A stretch of DNA of 64,000 nt. It comes from Octopus bimaculoides. Taxonomy: Eukaryota. The stretch covers positions 63,152,207 through 63,216,206 of the forward strand of contig NC_068982.1 of assembly GCF_001194135.2 (NCBI RefSeq), read 5' to 3'. Of this stretch, positions 1 through 10,519 are shown piece by piece. The position numbers were made by a program, and so were the translations under genes. The notes under the pieces were generated by a model that was not told where the DNA came from, did not search any database, and worked only from the letters and a program-made list of their open reading frames with translations. Position 1 is the stretch's first letter; each line of letters begins with the position of its first letter.

Positions 1-791
1 TTACAATTTTCAAAGATATTAATATCCTCAAATGACGGTATATTCATGTTCTTTACCTCAATATTGTTTACGCTCCTTGTTTCGCTTGAACTATTTACCT
101 GCTTGTTAGATTTATCAAACAGTTCGTGGAACTCTTCTGCACTCACATAATGATTCTGACCATATTGGTCTTTATAAATATAATAACCTCCTTCCGATTC
201 TTCATATTCATAACTAGCATTGTCGTAACCAGTGACAACGCCTTTCTTTAACCTGCATCTATATCTCGCAGCGTTTCCTTCCCTTTGACTGGGACTTGTT
301 TTAGATGGAATCGTGATAATTACTTCATCTTCATTGTCTTCTCCTTCTTCTTCTTCTTCTTCTTCTTCTTCTTCTTCTTCTTCTTCTTCGTCTTCTTCTT
401 CTTCTCCTTCTTCTTCTTCTTCTTCTTCTTCTTCTTCTTCTTCTTCTTCTGCTTCTGCTTCTTCGTCCTCATGTTTCCTTCCTTCCTCCTGTTCTTCTTC
501 CGCACACCTCGGTGTGGCTTCTGTATGTACCGAGGCCCATTTGTGCGTGTAAGCCTCAGGAGATGGTGTTTGTTCCTCACCTTCCGGTGAAGGCTCGAAC
601 TGCTTCTCGTTCACCGCTGATCTTTGTGGTGTTTCTATTCCTTCTTCAGCCAATTCTTTTACATCTGGCAGTTTATGTGATCCACGCGAGCAAATAAATT
701 CCAAAATAAGTTTATTCACTTTGTCCGGTGCTTCCAACATAACCATATGGCTAGCCTCATCTACTATTTCCAGCTTCGATCCGTGGATAGT
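1..791 (-). CDS. ABHD8: ABHD8-like last coding exon seen (TIHGSKLEIVDEASHMVMLEAPDKVNKLILEF… then poly-Glu tail), 3' partial
   Basis: Acceptor CTATTTTAG|ACT at 792/791. EASHMVMLEAP carries the catalytic His. The frame stays open for 263 codons to the window edge with no stop, so the ORF track missed it. Confidence 0.9.
345..449 (-). repeat. Coding (GAA)n microsatellite encoding E14-G-E4-D-E15
   Basis: (TTC)n on + strand; in the exon-5 frame it reads GAA. Confidence 0.9.
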
Positions 792-1454
792 CTAAAATAG
801 TGATAAAAGAAACGATGACATTATACATATTTTAAACAATGATTGACGAACATAGAAACCAATTACTTATTCAAATATATCGATTAATTCGAAGCATTGG
901 AATGGTTGACAGGAAAACGCTTCTCTTTAATTTTTAAGGGAAACGTTTGGTGAAGTAATATCCTAAAGAGCATGTTGAGGAATTGATATTTGTATTTTTT
1001 TATCATATATTTCACTGGTTGATTTAATAATTTTGGGAGGCGTACACGGACGAAATCATAACTCAATTAGGTAGGTAAACGCTTTCTATTTTTAACAAGA
1101 GAGACGTAAAATAGTAAGTAAACTACATCACAAGATACTATAACAGGTAACAATATATTACAAGTTAAGTGACATAATATTATACATCAAGTATCATAAT
1201 AATATACAATAAGTAATATATCTTAAAACATGTTTGGGAAAGTAGTGTAATAAAGTATTCCATAGATATTTCTCATGTGTTGATCCCTGCCCTAGCATGT
1301 AACTGTCAATTTTAAGATTTACATTTAAATATCAAATTTCAGATGTTTTGTCTATTTGTGATCAAGTGTAATTATTCAACAATATTACTCCAAATATTTT
1401 CGCTATACTTACTCAATTAAAATCTATAGTCAGTTTATATAGAAAAATACCTAC

Positions 1455-1662
1455 CGCTTTCATTAGCTTAGCATCCTCTAATGTGGCAAAAGTATCATCT
1501 CGACCGTTTATAAGTAGTGTGGGGACGCTAATCCAACTGTGATAGACTTCATCGCCTTCGGGCCAGTCTTGACCATTGATGACATAATGTAGAACAAAAG
1601 ACGGTATGTTAAAGGAAGCCCTCTTCAACATCTCGTTTTTTTGTTTGGTCTTGAAAGCTGAC
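1455..1662 (-). CDS. ABHD8: ABHD8-like coding exon 4 (SAFKTKQKNEMLKRASFNIPSFVLHYVINGQDWPEGDEVYHSWISVPTLLINGRDDTFATLEDAKLMKA)
   Basis: Acceptor GCTTTTGTAG|G and donor GCG|GTAGGT. GQDWPEGDEVYH is ABHD8-diagnostic; putative catalytic Asp in GRDD; 208 nt, phase 2 to 0. Confidence 0.95.
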
Positions 1663-1817
1663 CTACAAAAGCAAAATACGAATAAAAGAAAAACGGAGAA
1701 TAGTATATAATTACCTTAATCATTTGAAAGCGTGTTTAATGTTTGAACCACGAAAAAGTGAAACTAAGATCGAATATGCAATGAAAAGAGAAGATTTACA
1801 ATAGGTGTAAGGCATGA

Positions 1818-2001
1818 AATTTGGGGGTAAGGTGGAAGTAGATTACATCGACCCCAGTGTTCAACTCGACCTTATTTTACCGAACCTGACAGAATGAATG
1901 GTAAGGTCGACCTCAGCAACATTTGAACTCAGAACGCAAAACAGGAAGAAATGCGACTAAACATTTTCTCCGGCGCGGCAACAACTCTGCCAGCTGGACA
2001 C
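1818..2001 (-). mobile_element. tRNA-derived SINE family A
   Basis: Reverse complement carries the CTGGCAGA…TTCTGAGTTCAAAT…GGTCGAC…GGGGTCGATGTAATC consensus shared with >10 copies. Confidence 0.75.
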
Positions 2002-2391
2002 CATTGAAATCACAGTATATTATCTAACTAAAAATATTGAGTCAAGTGTACGAAACAACTTTGGACTGTCGGCGGAGATCGTCAGTACACGTGTAGTATT
2101 GATTTTTAAGTAAATATTCAGAACTGTATACACAGGTTTGTTATAAGGAAATAATTATTTTTAAATTATTTTGAAATTAAGGTAATTAATTATCAAATAA
2201 TATTTTGAATTTCAATGCTATTTTATATTCCTTGCATTAGATATTGATTCACGCTGATGACACATCAAAAATATCGAATTTTGATATAATTATGTATAAT
2301 GAAATCTAAAATGAATAATTTCACAATACACATATATACATCCAAACAATCAAGCGTATGAGCATACACATATACGCATATACGGACGAAC

Positions 2392-2457
<66 letters not shown>
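2392..2457. repeat. (TA)n microsatellite; many other (TA)n, (CA)n, (GA)n and (GATA)n arrays, e.g. 8834-9040, 9495-9630, 23718-23836, 24535-24607, 63495-63585, 63930-64000
   Basis: Read directly from the sequence. Confidence 0.97.
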
Positions 2458-2460
<3 letters not shown>

Positions 2461-2924
2461 TGTATGTATGTATATATGTATGTAAGTATGTATAATGTTT
2501 ACTTGGCGGCCCATTGGTACTTGAGATTCTTAGTATACTCTTGTAGCTCGGACTTCGCTTCGCCGCCATTGAGACATGGGGAACAAAGTGAATTTGAGTT
2601 GAGATGAAATAGAATGGCGCAATCATGACTTAATTGGAAACGCATTGTGACAAGCGCTCTATTACAGCATCTGATGGTGTGGTCGTTATTGTGTTATATA
2701 TATAATAGTCTCTCTCGTCGAAGACGACGTATGGGCGTTCAGCTTTTGCCGAATGACCTGTACAAATGATTTGTTTTATAGTGATCAGATGTTCATGCCG
2801 TACATTAGCTCACTCTCTCCATCAGATCGACGTTTTCTGAACAGGTGCACTGTGTACCATGCGTCAGGTGTTGAAGTAATCGCAGAGCAACGCGAGATGG
2901 AGTGTTTTGCTCAAGAACGCAACA

Positions 2925-3184
2925 CCACGACATAGCTATTGAATTACAGAGACTATGGGAAGTGCGGGTTAAATGTATCCCAGTAGTTATAGGTGCACTC
3001 GGAACTATCTCTAAAGATCTGAGCAGATAGATAGAGGTAATAGGCATAAAACCCAGTTTAGTACAGCTCCAGTAAACAGTGTCATTTGGGACAGCTAGGA
3101 TACTTAGCAGGGTTCTTGGCATCTAAGGTTACTTGTTGTAGCATAATTTTCGGATTTTTTCCAACAGTCTAATCTGTTGAGTGC

Positions 3185-3187
<3 letters not shown>
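2925..3187 (+). mobile_element. R4/Dong-like non-LTR retrotransposon, 3' end remnant abutting (TAA)n
   Basis: Translates DIAIELQRLWEVRVKCIPVVIGALGTISKDL…GTARILSRVLGI* with internal stops, typical of the RLE-LINE C-terminus. It is followed by a short UTR and then (TAA)n from 3188. Confidence 0.75.
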
Positions 3188-3229
<42 letters not shown>

Positions 3230-3234
3230 TAATC

Positions 3235-3304
<70 letters not shown>
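3188..3304. repeat. (TAA)n microsatellite; similar tracts at ~4170-4232, 20359-20443, 20809-20921, 21547-21600, 45884-45940, 57583-57651
   Basis: Read directly from the sequence. Confidence 0.97.
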
Positions 3305-3924
3305 NNNNNNNNNNNNNNNNNNNNNNNNNNNNNNNNNNNNNNNNNNNNNNNNNNNNNNNNNNNNNNNNNNNNNNNNNNNNNNNNNNNNNNNNNNNNNNNN
3401 NNNNNNNNNNNNNNNNNNNNNNNNNNNNNNNNNNNNNNNNNNNNNNNNNNNNNNNNNNNNNNNNNNNNNNNNNNNNNNNNNNNNNNNNNNNNNNNNNNNN
3501 NNNNNNNNNNNNNNNNNNNNNNNNNNNNNNNNNNNNNNNNNNNNNNNNNNNNNNNNNNNNNNNNNNNNNNNNNNNNNNNNNNNNNNNNNNNNNNNNNNNN
3601 NNNNNNNNNNNNNNNNNNNNNNNNNNNNNNNNNNNNNNNNNNNNNNNNNNNNNNNNNNNNNNNNNNNNNNNNNNNNNNNNNNNNNNNNNNNNNNNNNNNN
3701 NNNNNNNNNNNNNNNNNNNNNNNNNNNNNNNNNNNNNNNNNNNNNNNNNNNNNNNNNNNNNNNNNNNNNNNNNNNNNNNNNNNNNNNNNNNNNNNNNNNN
3801 NNNNNNNNNNNNNNNNNNNNNNNNNNNNNNNNNNNNNNNNNNNNNNNNNNNNNNNNNNNNNNNNNNNNNNNNNNNNNNNNNNNNNNNNNNNNNNNNNNNN
3901 CAAACTTCTTACAGAGAATCGAAC

Positions 3925-4133
3925 CCTGTTTCAAATTTTGGCACAATGCTAATCATTTTATGGGGAACTATTAATCGCTTCAATCGACTCAAGTACTTGA
4001 CTGGTACTTTATTTTATCGGTCCCGGGAGAACGAAGGGCAAAATTGAGCTTGATTGTATTTAAATGCAAAATGTCGGAACAAATATTGCAAAGCATTTTA
4101 CCCGACGTTCTAACAATTCAGCCAGTTCACTGC
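3925..4133 (-). mobile_element. SINE family A, decayed
   Basis: Same head/body/tail order as the other copies. Confidence 0.6.
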
Positions 4134-4168
4134 TGTAGCAATAATGAATGAATGAATGAATGATGATG

Positions 4169-4232
<64 letters not shown>

Positions 4233-4815
4233 TATTGACAATATGCCAATTGGTATTCTTTGAAAGATTTCAAGCTAGCAGGAAATGTATTTTCTATTGG
4301 CGAGGGTCCAACAGGAGATATTGATTTCCTTAAATACTTATTACAGTAAACTGTAATTTAACTTGTACGCACACGCACAGATAAACAGTCACACATTGTC
4401 TCTCAATCTTTCTCCTCCTCTTCCCCTCTCACTGATATACAGAGAACGAAACTCATATGCGTATATTGGCGTCATATGTTAAAAACGTGCCTTGAAATTG
4501 TGCCTTTGCATTTTAGTTGCCGCCACACTCAGTTATAAACACTTCAATACACAAGCACCTATATTTAAGTGAATACATTAGTCATACATATACGCACACA
4601 TATATACACGCAACAACTGACATACCCACTTGACGAAACACAGATGCATAACCACTATGAAAAATGTATATAATTTAATTCATTTATTATTGTAATTGAG
4701 AGAAATATAACGTCATTCATTATAGATCTCCAAGGGGCCAATCACTCTCTGAGAGCAAGAATAACAGGGGAGTATCTATAATTGCATATCTACTTCAGAT
4801 TATATATATGTAGAT

Positions 4816-4895
4816 AGGCGTAGGAGTGGCTGTGTGGTAAGTAGCTTGCTTACGAACCACATGGTTCTGGGTTCAGTCCCACTGCGTGGCACCTA
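4816..4895 (+). mobile_element. SINE family B head
   Basis: A box TGGCTGTGTGG and B box GGTTCAGTCCC. Confidence 0.8.
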
Positions 4896-5184
4896 GGTAC
4901 CAAGGATGTTACAGCTTACTTATAAAGCTGGAAATTCCAGGGTTTAGTGAAATAAATACAGATATGGAGTTAAATGCAGGTGTTATTCAAATCTTTATAA
5001 TTCCGACATATGTTTCGAAGACAACATTGGTATTATTCCAGAGGGAATAAAATGATGTAAAACAATGCGATCTTCTCATCAGGGAGAAAAAGAGAAACAA
5101 AACACATCAATAAGCAATTTTAACCGAATGTGATTACTGCGTATATGATGAAGGGAACACTGGCGTGTTATTTATATATATCTA

Positions 5185-6971
5185 TAGGCCATGGGAACGA
5201 AAATGTGCCCCAACTATGCGAACCTGTTCGTTGGCTACGTTGAGGCCCAAATATTCTCAAGTTTCACTGGTCCCACTCCCGAACTATACGGCCGTTATTT
5301 TGACGACTGTATCGGTGCGACCTCACTCTCCCGCGAACATCTAGACTCCTTCCTCTCTTTTGTCAAACCTTTCCATCTGCCCTTCACTTCTCCTGCAATA
5401 TCTCTGACACTTCTGTCTCCTGTCTTGACATTTCGGTCAGCATTCATCACTCCACTCTTACCACCTCCATACACTACAAACACAGAGACTCACACTCATA
5501 CCTCAGCTTCTCCTCCTCCCACCCTAAAAACACCAAGCCTTCCATCCCCTATTCCTAATTCCTCCGTCTACGCAGGCTCTTCAGTGACGACCATGACTTT
5601 GAGACTAGTCTCAACTCATGGCTCGCCACTTCATCCTACGTGGTTATCTCCTCACCACTATCCACACCGCCCTTGCCAGAGCACACTCTGTGGACTGTGT
5701 ACCTGCTCTCTCTCCTCGCAGCCGCCCCGTCGTCTCCCGTTTCCCCTCACCTACCACCCCACCACCCTACCTCTTCAACGCACCATTCTCCGAGCCTTCC
5801 GGCGACTCCAGTCTGACCCCTCCACTTCGCACACCTTCCTTAACAGACCCCTCCCCTCCTTCAAACGAGTCCACAATCTACGAGACNNNNNNNNNNNNNN
5901 NNNNNNNNNNNNNNNNNNNNNNNNNNNNNNNNNNNNNNNNNNNNNNNNNNNNNNNNNNNNNNNNNNNNNNNNNNNNNNNNNNNNNNNNNNNNNNNNNNNN
6001 NNNNNNNNNNNNNNNNNNNNNNNNNNNNNNNNNNNNNNNNNNNNNNNNNNNNNNNNNNNNNNNNNNNNNNNNNNNNNNNNNNNNNNNNNNNNNNNNNNNN
6101 NNNNNNNNNNNNNNNNNNNNNNNNNNNNNNNNNNNNNNNNNNNNNNNNNNNNNNNNNNNNNNNNNNNNNNNNNNNNNNNNNNNNNNNNNNNNNNNNNNNN
6201 NNNNNNNNNNNNNNNNNNNNNNNNNNNNNNNNNNNNNNNNNNNNNNNNNNNNNNNNNNNNNNNNNNNNNNNNNNNNNNNNNNNNNNNNNNNNNNNNNNNN
6301 NNNNNNNNNNNNNNNNNNNNNNNNNNNNNNNNNNNNNNNNNNNNNNNNNNNNNNNNNNNNNNNNNNNNNNNNNNNNNNNNNNNNNNNNNNNNNNNNNNNN
6401 NNNNNNNNNNNNNNNNNNNNNNNNNNNNNNNNNNNNNNNNNNNNNNNNNNNNNNNNNNNNNNNNNNNNNNNNNNNNNNNNNNNNNNNNNNNNNNNNNNNN
6501 NNNNNNNNNNNNNNNNNNNNNNNNNNNNNNNNNNNNNNNNNNGCCGAACACACACACCACCCTTCCTTTCCCCACTCTCACCTCCTCCACATCCCAACAC
6601 CACCACACCATACCACACATCACCACATCATACACCACCATACCACACAGCACTACATCACATCACACCACCACGCACACACTAGCACTGACCACTTCCC
6701 AGCCCCACACCATCATCCACACACATACACATACACGCACACATCAAGGTCACCAGCCCTCTTCCTCACGCACATACATGCTCTCTTATACCAACGCACA
6801 CTCACCTTCGTTTTGGGATCACCACTATATAAGTATCTCCCCTTCTTCCTAGCTGTCCTGTGTGATCCCTCTGTCCGGCATTCGCCATGATAGCTCGCTG
6901 GCCACCACTACACATGCCTTATTTTCTCTACTTGTCTCTTTCTTTTCACTTCCCGAATGTTAAACTAATAC
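5185..6971 (+). mobile_element. Penelope-like element, 5'-truncated RT remnant plus 3' tail (two gaps inside or adjacent)
   Basis: AMGTKMCPNYANLFVG and RYFDD (5293-5307), plus frameshifted SFLDISV / HYKH.DSH.YL / SIPxSxxLRLRR-like motifs. The tail at 6750-6970 is similar to 16690-16940. Confidence 0.85.
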
Positions 6972-7344
6972 NNNNNNNNNNNNNNNNNNNNNNNNNNNNN
7001 NNNNNNNNNNNNNNNNNNNNNNNNNNNNNNNNNNNNNNNNNNNNNNNNNNNNNNNNNNNNNNNNNNNNNNNNNNNNNNNNNNNNNNNNNNNNNNNNNNNN
7101 NNNNNNNNNNNNNNNNNNNNNNNNNNNNNNNNNNNNNNNNNNNNNNNNNNNNNNNNNNNNNNNNNNNNNNNNNNNNNNNNNNNNNNNNNNNNNNNNNNNN
7201 NNNNNNNNNNNNNNNNNNNNNNNNNNNNNNNNNNNNNNNNNNNNNNNNNNNNNNNNNNNNNNNNNNNNNNNNNNNNNNNNNNNNNNNNNNNNNNNNNNNN
7301 NNNNNNNNNNNNNNNNNNNNNNNNNNNNNNNNNNTATATATATA

Positions 7345-7770
7345 ATGGGACAAGAACGCAAAACATCCGGACAGTTAGGTGATACAAAAATGGGACAACA
7401 AAACATCCAGATAGACGCTACAAAGAAAATAAGGACGGGTCATTCAAAGTTTTCTTTCCTCAGTCGAGTACCAGATTATTTTCGCAATTTCGGCTGATTA
7501 TACTCGAGATTGCTCCAATCTGGCCAGCCCCAAGGAAAAACTAAGCTAAGAGCATTAGATTCCTTGGAAGACAGCAGCAAATGTATACAAAAACAAGGAC
7601 GAAAAAAACAGACAATGTCACACAAACACAATAAAAATAATCACAGGAGTTAACAACAGGTGTCTTTCGACTAAGGACGAATTAAATTAAGCTGGCGCGT
7701 GTGGTAATAAAGCCTTAGGGCAGGGATACAAGGTTTCACAAGCACAGGGAGGAATATCGTCTGAATAATT
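7345..7770. repeat. Unclassified interspersed-repeat-like segment next to (TA)n
   Basis: Internal duplication (ATGGGACAA…AAAACATCC at 7346 and 7390) and composition unlike the flanks; no second copy in the window. Confidence 0.3.
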
Positions 7771-8830
7771 GTTAAAAACGTGTGAAATAAGTCAATGCAA
7801 ACCCTTTATTTTTCTCTGTTCCAAAAAAAAAAGCAAGACTTAAAACGTACCCGTTATAAACTGCAATCCATCTTTTCTAATAGTTATCTTAGGTTCTTAT
7901 ACACAATGTTTATGCATGAAAATATCTAATCACACTGCCGAATTATATACAACATGAAAATTAGTCCAGTTATTTCTGGCACTAGACTGTAATTGCTTTA
8001 TATACCAGTTGATAGACAAAAGGGTGGAAAGTATTTAAGTTTTAAGAAAGGCCACGAACAATAATATATGTTAAAGTGATCACCACTGTTTTCTTTGGGC
8101 TAAAAGATGCGCAAGAAATATTAGCGTTTTGCTTCTCACAGTGCAGTGCTACCAATGGTACTAAAGTAATCTTCGTTCCCTTTTCCTTCAAACTAGACAC
8201 GATTATTTCACAAATGAGATAGTAAATCTGCTTATATTTATAGCCGCCTCTACTTCGAAATATAGTGTGAAATTACTTATATATTTATTGATGATGTAAA
8301 GACATACAGATATATGGCAGAATGCGCCAGAATAATTAATTTATCAAAACGCTGCATAGTGAAAATGCCCTTTCTTTTTTTAGCTTAGTTGCTAGTTTGC
8401 AGCATTTGCCACAACTATTAAATAAATATATATCTTCTCAGTTAAATGCAATGCAGAATCATGGCGACTGGCACTTTGTACAGAAATCTATTTCAACTGA
8501 CCAGCAATAGCAAGATGGCATCTATTGCATTTTTGGCAAAGACGTGTAGTTTTAGTTGGTGAAGACTTATATGCTTGTTTTGATTTATGTACATACAATA
8601 GTTAAGAAGATTTAAGTTAGAAACCCAAACTCGATTAGAAGCTGAACATATTAATATATTCCATGCGTCTTGTTTTGATTTTATATAATTACTGCGATTC
8701 TCTTTAAAATATATATTACCTTCGTGTTTGTCTATCTTTTCTTTTTAGATCCGATTTGAGGCAGTAGTTGGATATCTAGTTCAGTGTATAATGGGATATT
8801 ACTATATACTTGTATCAGTATCTCCATAAA

Positions 8831-8865
<35 letters not shown>

Positions 8866-8888
8866 GTCTGTCTGTCTATCTGTGTGTA

Positions 8889-8988
<100 letters not shown>

Positions 8989-9060
8989 CACATATATATA
9001 TATATATATATGTGTATGTATATATATATATATATATACAGTTAAAACACATCTGTCAGA

Positions 9061-9104
9061 CGGCAACTTGATGACTGCTATAAAGTAGGAAAGTATACTA
9101 GTCC
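9061..9104 (+). ncRNA. Minimal type I hammerhead-like motif (U3 core variant)
   Basis: AAC-TTGATGA-CTGC TATAAA GTAG-GAAA-GTATAC-TA-GTCC. Stem II has 4 bp, stem III is the palindrome AGTATACT, and stem I is weak. Confidence 0.55.
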
Positions 9105-9513
9105 TTATATATATAATACTCAATATTTCATTTATTTAGTAAGACATTCAATACTTCATTTCATTTTACTATTTATATTATATATTCCATATTCTATATC
9201 CCACATTAATTTATAAGAATATAAATAAAACATAAAAAATAGACGGAGTTGGAACTCTTTTAAATAATATATTCCTCTACACACTATCATACAAACCCTT
9301 TTTAAAAATTTTCTCATATGTATATATATATATATATATACACACGCATATATATATATATATATATGTTTGCTTTCATTTATATACGTATGTATTTATG
9401 TAAGCAATCAAGTAGTATACTTAAACGTATGCACGCATATTTATCAAAGTTTGTGTATATGTATGAGAGCGAGTATTTCTGTGTGTGTATACACACTCTC
9501 ACACACACACACA

Positions 9514-9590
<77 letters not shown>

Positions 9591-9595
9591 ACGTT

Positions 9596-9633
<38 letters not shown>

Positions 9634-10312
9634 CCTAAATACTCATGTTCGGTTTTGTGTACAAATCTACAAAGTCTATAAATAAAGTCCATAAATTATT
9701 CTTTATTTTGTGTACTAAACCTAACATATCTAAAATTTATATTATTATTTTATTAAGTGTTGCAAACAGCAGTAAACCCTCTGTTTTTATGATTAATGAA
9801 TAGTATGTTTGTCTGTTTTATTGTTTCTTCTGGAGTTTTATAGCAGTTATTATTTGTTCTGTTTAGTCCAGTTATTATTTGTTTATGAAATATAAAACAA
9901 ATGTATTGTTTAAAATTACGAAAAAAAAAAAAACATTAAAGTCTACGCATTGTTTGTCTGTCTTAAGTATTGTCATGTTATTAGTTAAAAATGAAATCCA
10001 AAAAAAAAAGAAATGAAAAGAAAAACGGAAGATACGCTGCAATATTGTTTTACCTTTTTAACTTTCACGTTAAACTTACTTTTCCTTTTGTTTGAGTCTT
10101 TTGAAGATTTGTCAATATCATTAATTTGAAACAATTTTTTTTGTTCATTGCTTTAGCAATGTCTACGGTTTAGTGATTGATATTCGAAAAATATTAAAGT
10201 AGATTTTCGAACGAAGCACTTGTGATGTGCATATAAGAAAAATATTTCGTTAATTACTTAGATAAGGTGTGGCAGCATCTATGAATTTTGCAGGCCTTCT
10301 AAGTTTCGTAAT

Positions 10313-10519
10313 AATGGTTTCAAATTTTAGCACAAGGTCAGCAATTTCGGTAAGTCGATTACATCGACCCCAGTGCTTGACTGGTTATTATTTAATCGAT
10401 CCCGAAAGGATGAAAGATAAAGTCGACTTCGATGAAATTTGAACTCAGAATGTAAAGACGGACTAAACACCGTTAAGCATTTTCCCGGTGTGCTAACGAT
10501 TCTGCCAGTTTTCTGCCTT
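10313..10519 (-). mobile_element. SINE family A
   Basis: Close match to 63166-63340 on the opposite strand. Confidence 0.85.

Noticed and set aside
1-3. TAA on the minus strand at positions 3-1 as the ABHD8 stop
   Set aside because: It is out of frame with exon 5 (codons start at 791, 788…2); the CDS continues beyond the window.
285-590. Poly-Phe, poly-Ser and poly-Lys ORFs in the track
   Set aside because: They are alternative frames of the (GAA)n tract inside the real exon.
625-652. CTGAAGA…GAAAC inside exon 5 (similar bare cores at 13264, 43244, 47422, 52677)
   Set aside because: The core heptamer occurs without a proper stem II plus GAAA plus NUH arrangement; expected by chance.
7425-7470. 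Minus-strand CTGAGGA-AAG AAAA CTT-TGAAT…GTC as a hammerhead
   Set aside because: It lacks GAAA and has no stem I pairing.
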